Shown: positions 63,887 to 64,000 of the stretch, piece after piece
Numbering within the stretch: position 1 is the first letter of the stretch
Layout of the letters: every line of letters starts with the position of its first letter
Assembly (NCBI GenBank): GCA_012522935.1
Contig: JAAYJN010000037.1
Span: 886-64,885, forward strand
Direction: 5' to 3'
DNA: 64,000 bases
From: Candidatus Cloacimonadota bacterium
Lineage (GTDB): Bacteria; Cloacimonadota; Cloacimonadia; Cloacimonadales; Cloacimonadaceae
The notes under the pieces: generated by a model
Told to the model about the DNA's origin: nothing
The model's database searches: none
What the model saw: the letters and a program-made list of their open reading frames with translations, nothing else
Made by a program: the position numbers and the translations under genes

Positions 63887-64000
63887 TGGGCAAGGAGTGC
63901 CAAAGCCTTGTATCCCCTGGATTTAGCCGGGCGTTTCACCGATTTCAGTCGGTTATATAATTAAGGCAATATTTCAATATATACGATATGTTGCGGTCAT

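Overview
This is a 64-kb chromosomal window from a compact, operon-dense bacterial genome. Most genes are on the minus strand and many neighbours overlap by 1-14 nt. Spot counts of single 60-nt lines give about 48-53% GC in housekeeping stretches. I support about 50 protein genes. They include pyrB-pyrC-pyrK-pyrD, birA, queA, coaBC, a GH13 amylase, uvrA, malQ, holA, uppP, hutU, a eukaryotic-type UDP-glucose pyrophosphorylase, an MlaD/E/F-like transporter, folA, mtgA, rpsT, two glycosyltransferases, ansA, queC and tag. There is one tmRNA gene (ssrA, 17123-17474, minus strand). Five copies of an intergenic palindromic repeat built from the 12-mer GAGACAAGGGTG and its complement are present. No rRNA, tRNA, CRISPR array, integrase or transposase is visible. 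The most interesting region is an AT-rich island between ssrA and malQ (about 17.8-24.6 kb; spot counts of 33-37% GC). It carries a tightly coupled minus-strand operon encoding a coiled-coil protein, two paralogous BrxD/DUF2791-like P-loop ATPases and an Lhr/BrxHI-like SF2 helicase. A restriction-endonuclease-fold protein follows on the same strand. No BREX core genes are present, so I read it as a candidate stand-alone and possibly undescribed anti-phage system. Other items worth a second look are listed below.
- A 1839-aa Ser/Thr-kinase/P-loop/TPR/GAF/histidine-kinase fusion that heads a 15-kb envelope-related gene string.
- A five-gene membrane-protein operon with no recognisable function.
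- An Mla-type operon with unusual domain fusions.
Gene content (DUF3108, DUF2851, long-form urocanase, many TPR proteins) is vaguely reminiscent of FCB-group or candidate-phylum anaerobes, but I cannot verify taxonomy from the sequence alone. All family assignments come from motifs read by eye, not from database searches.
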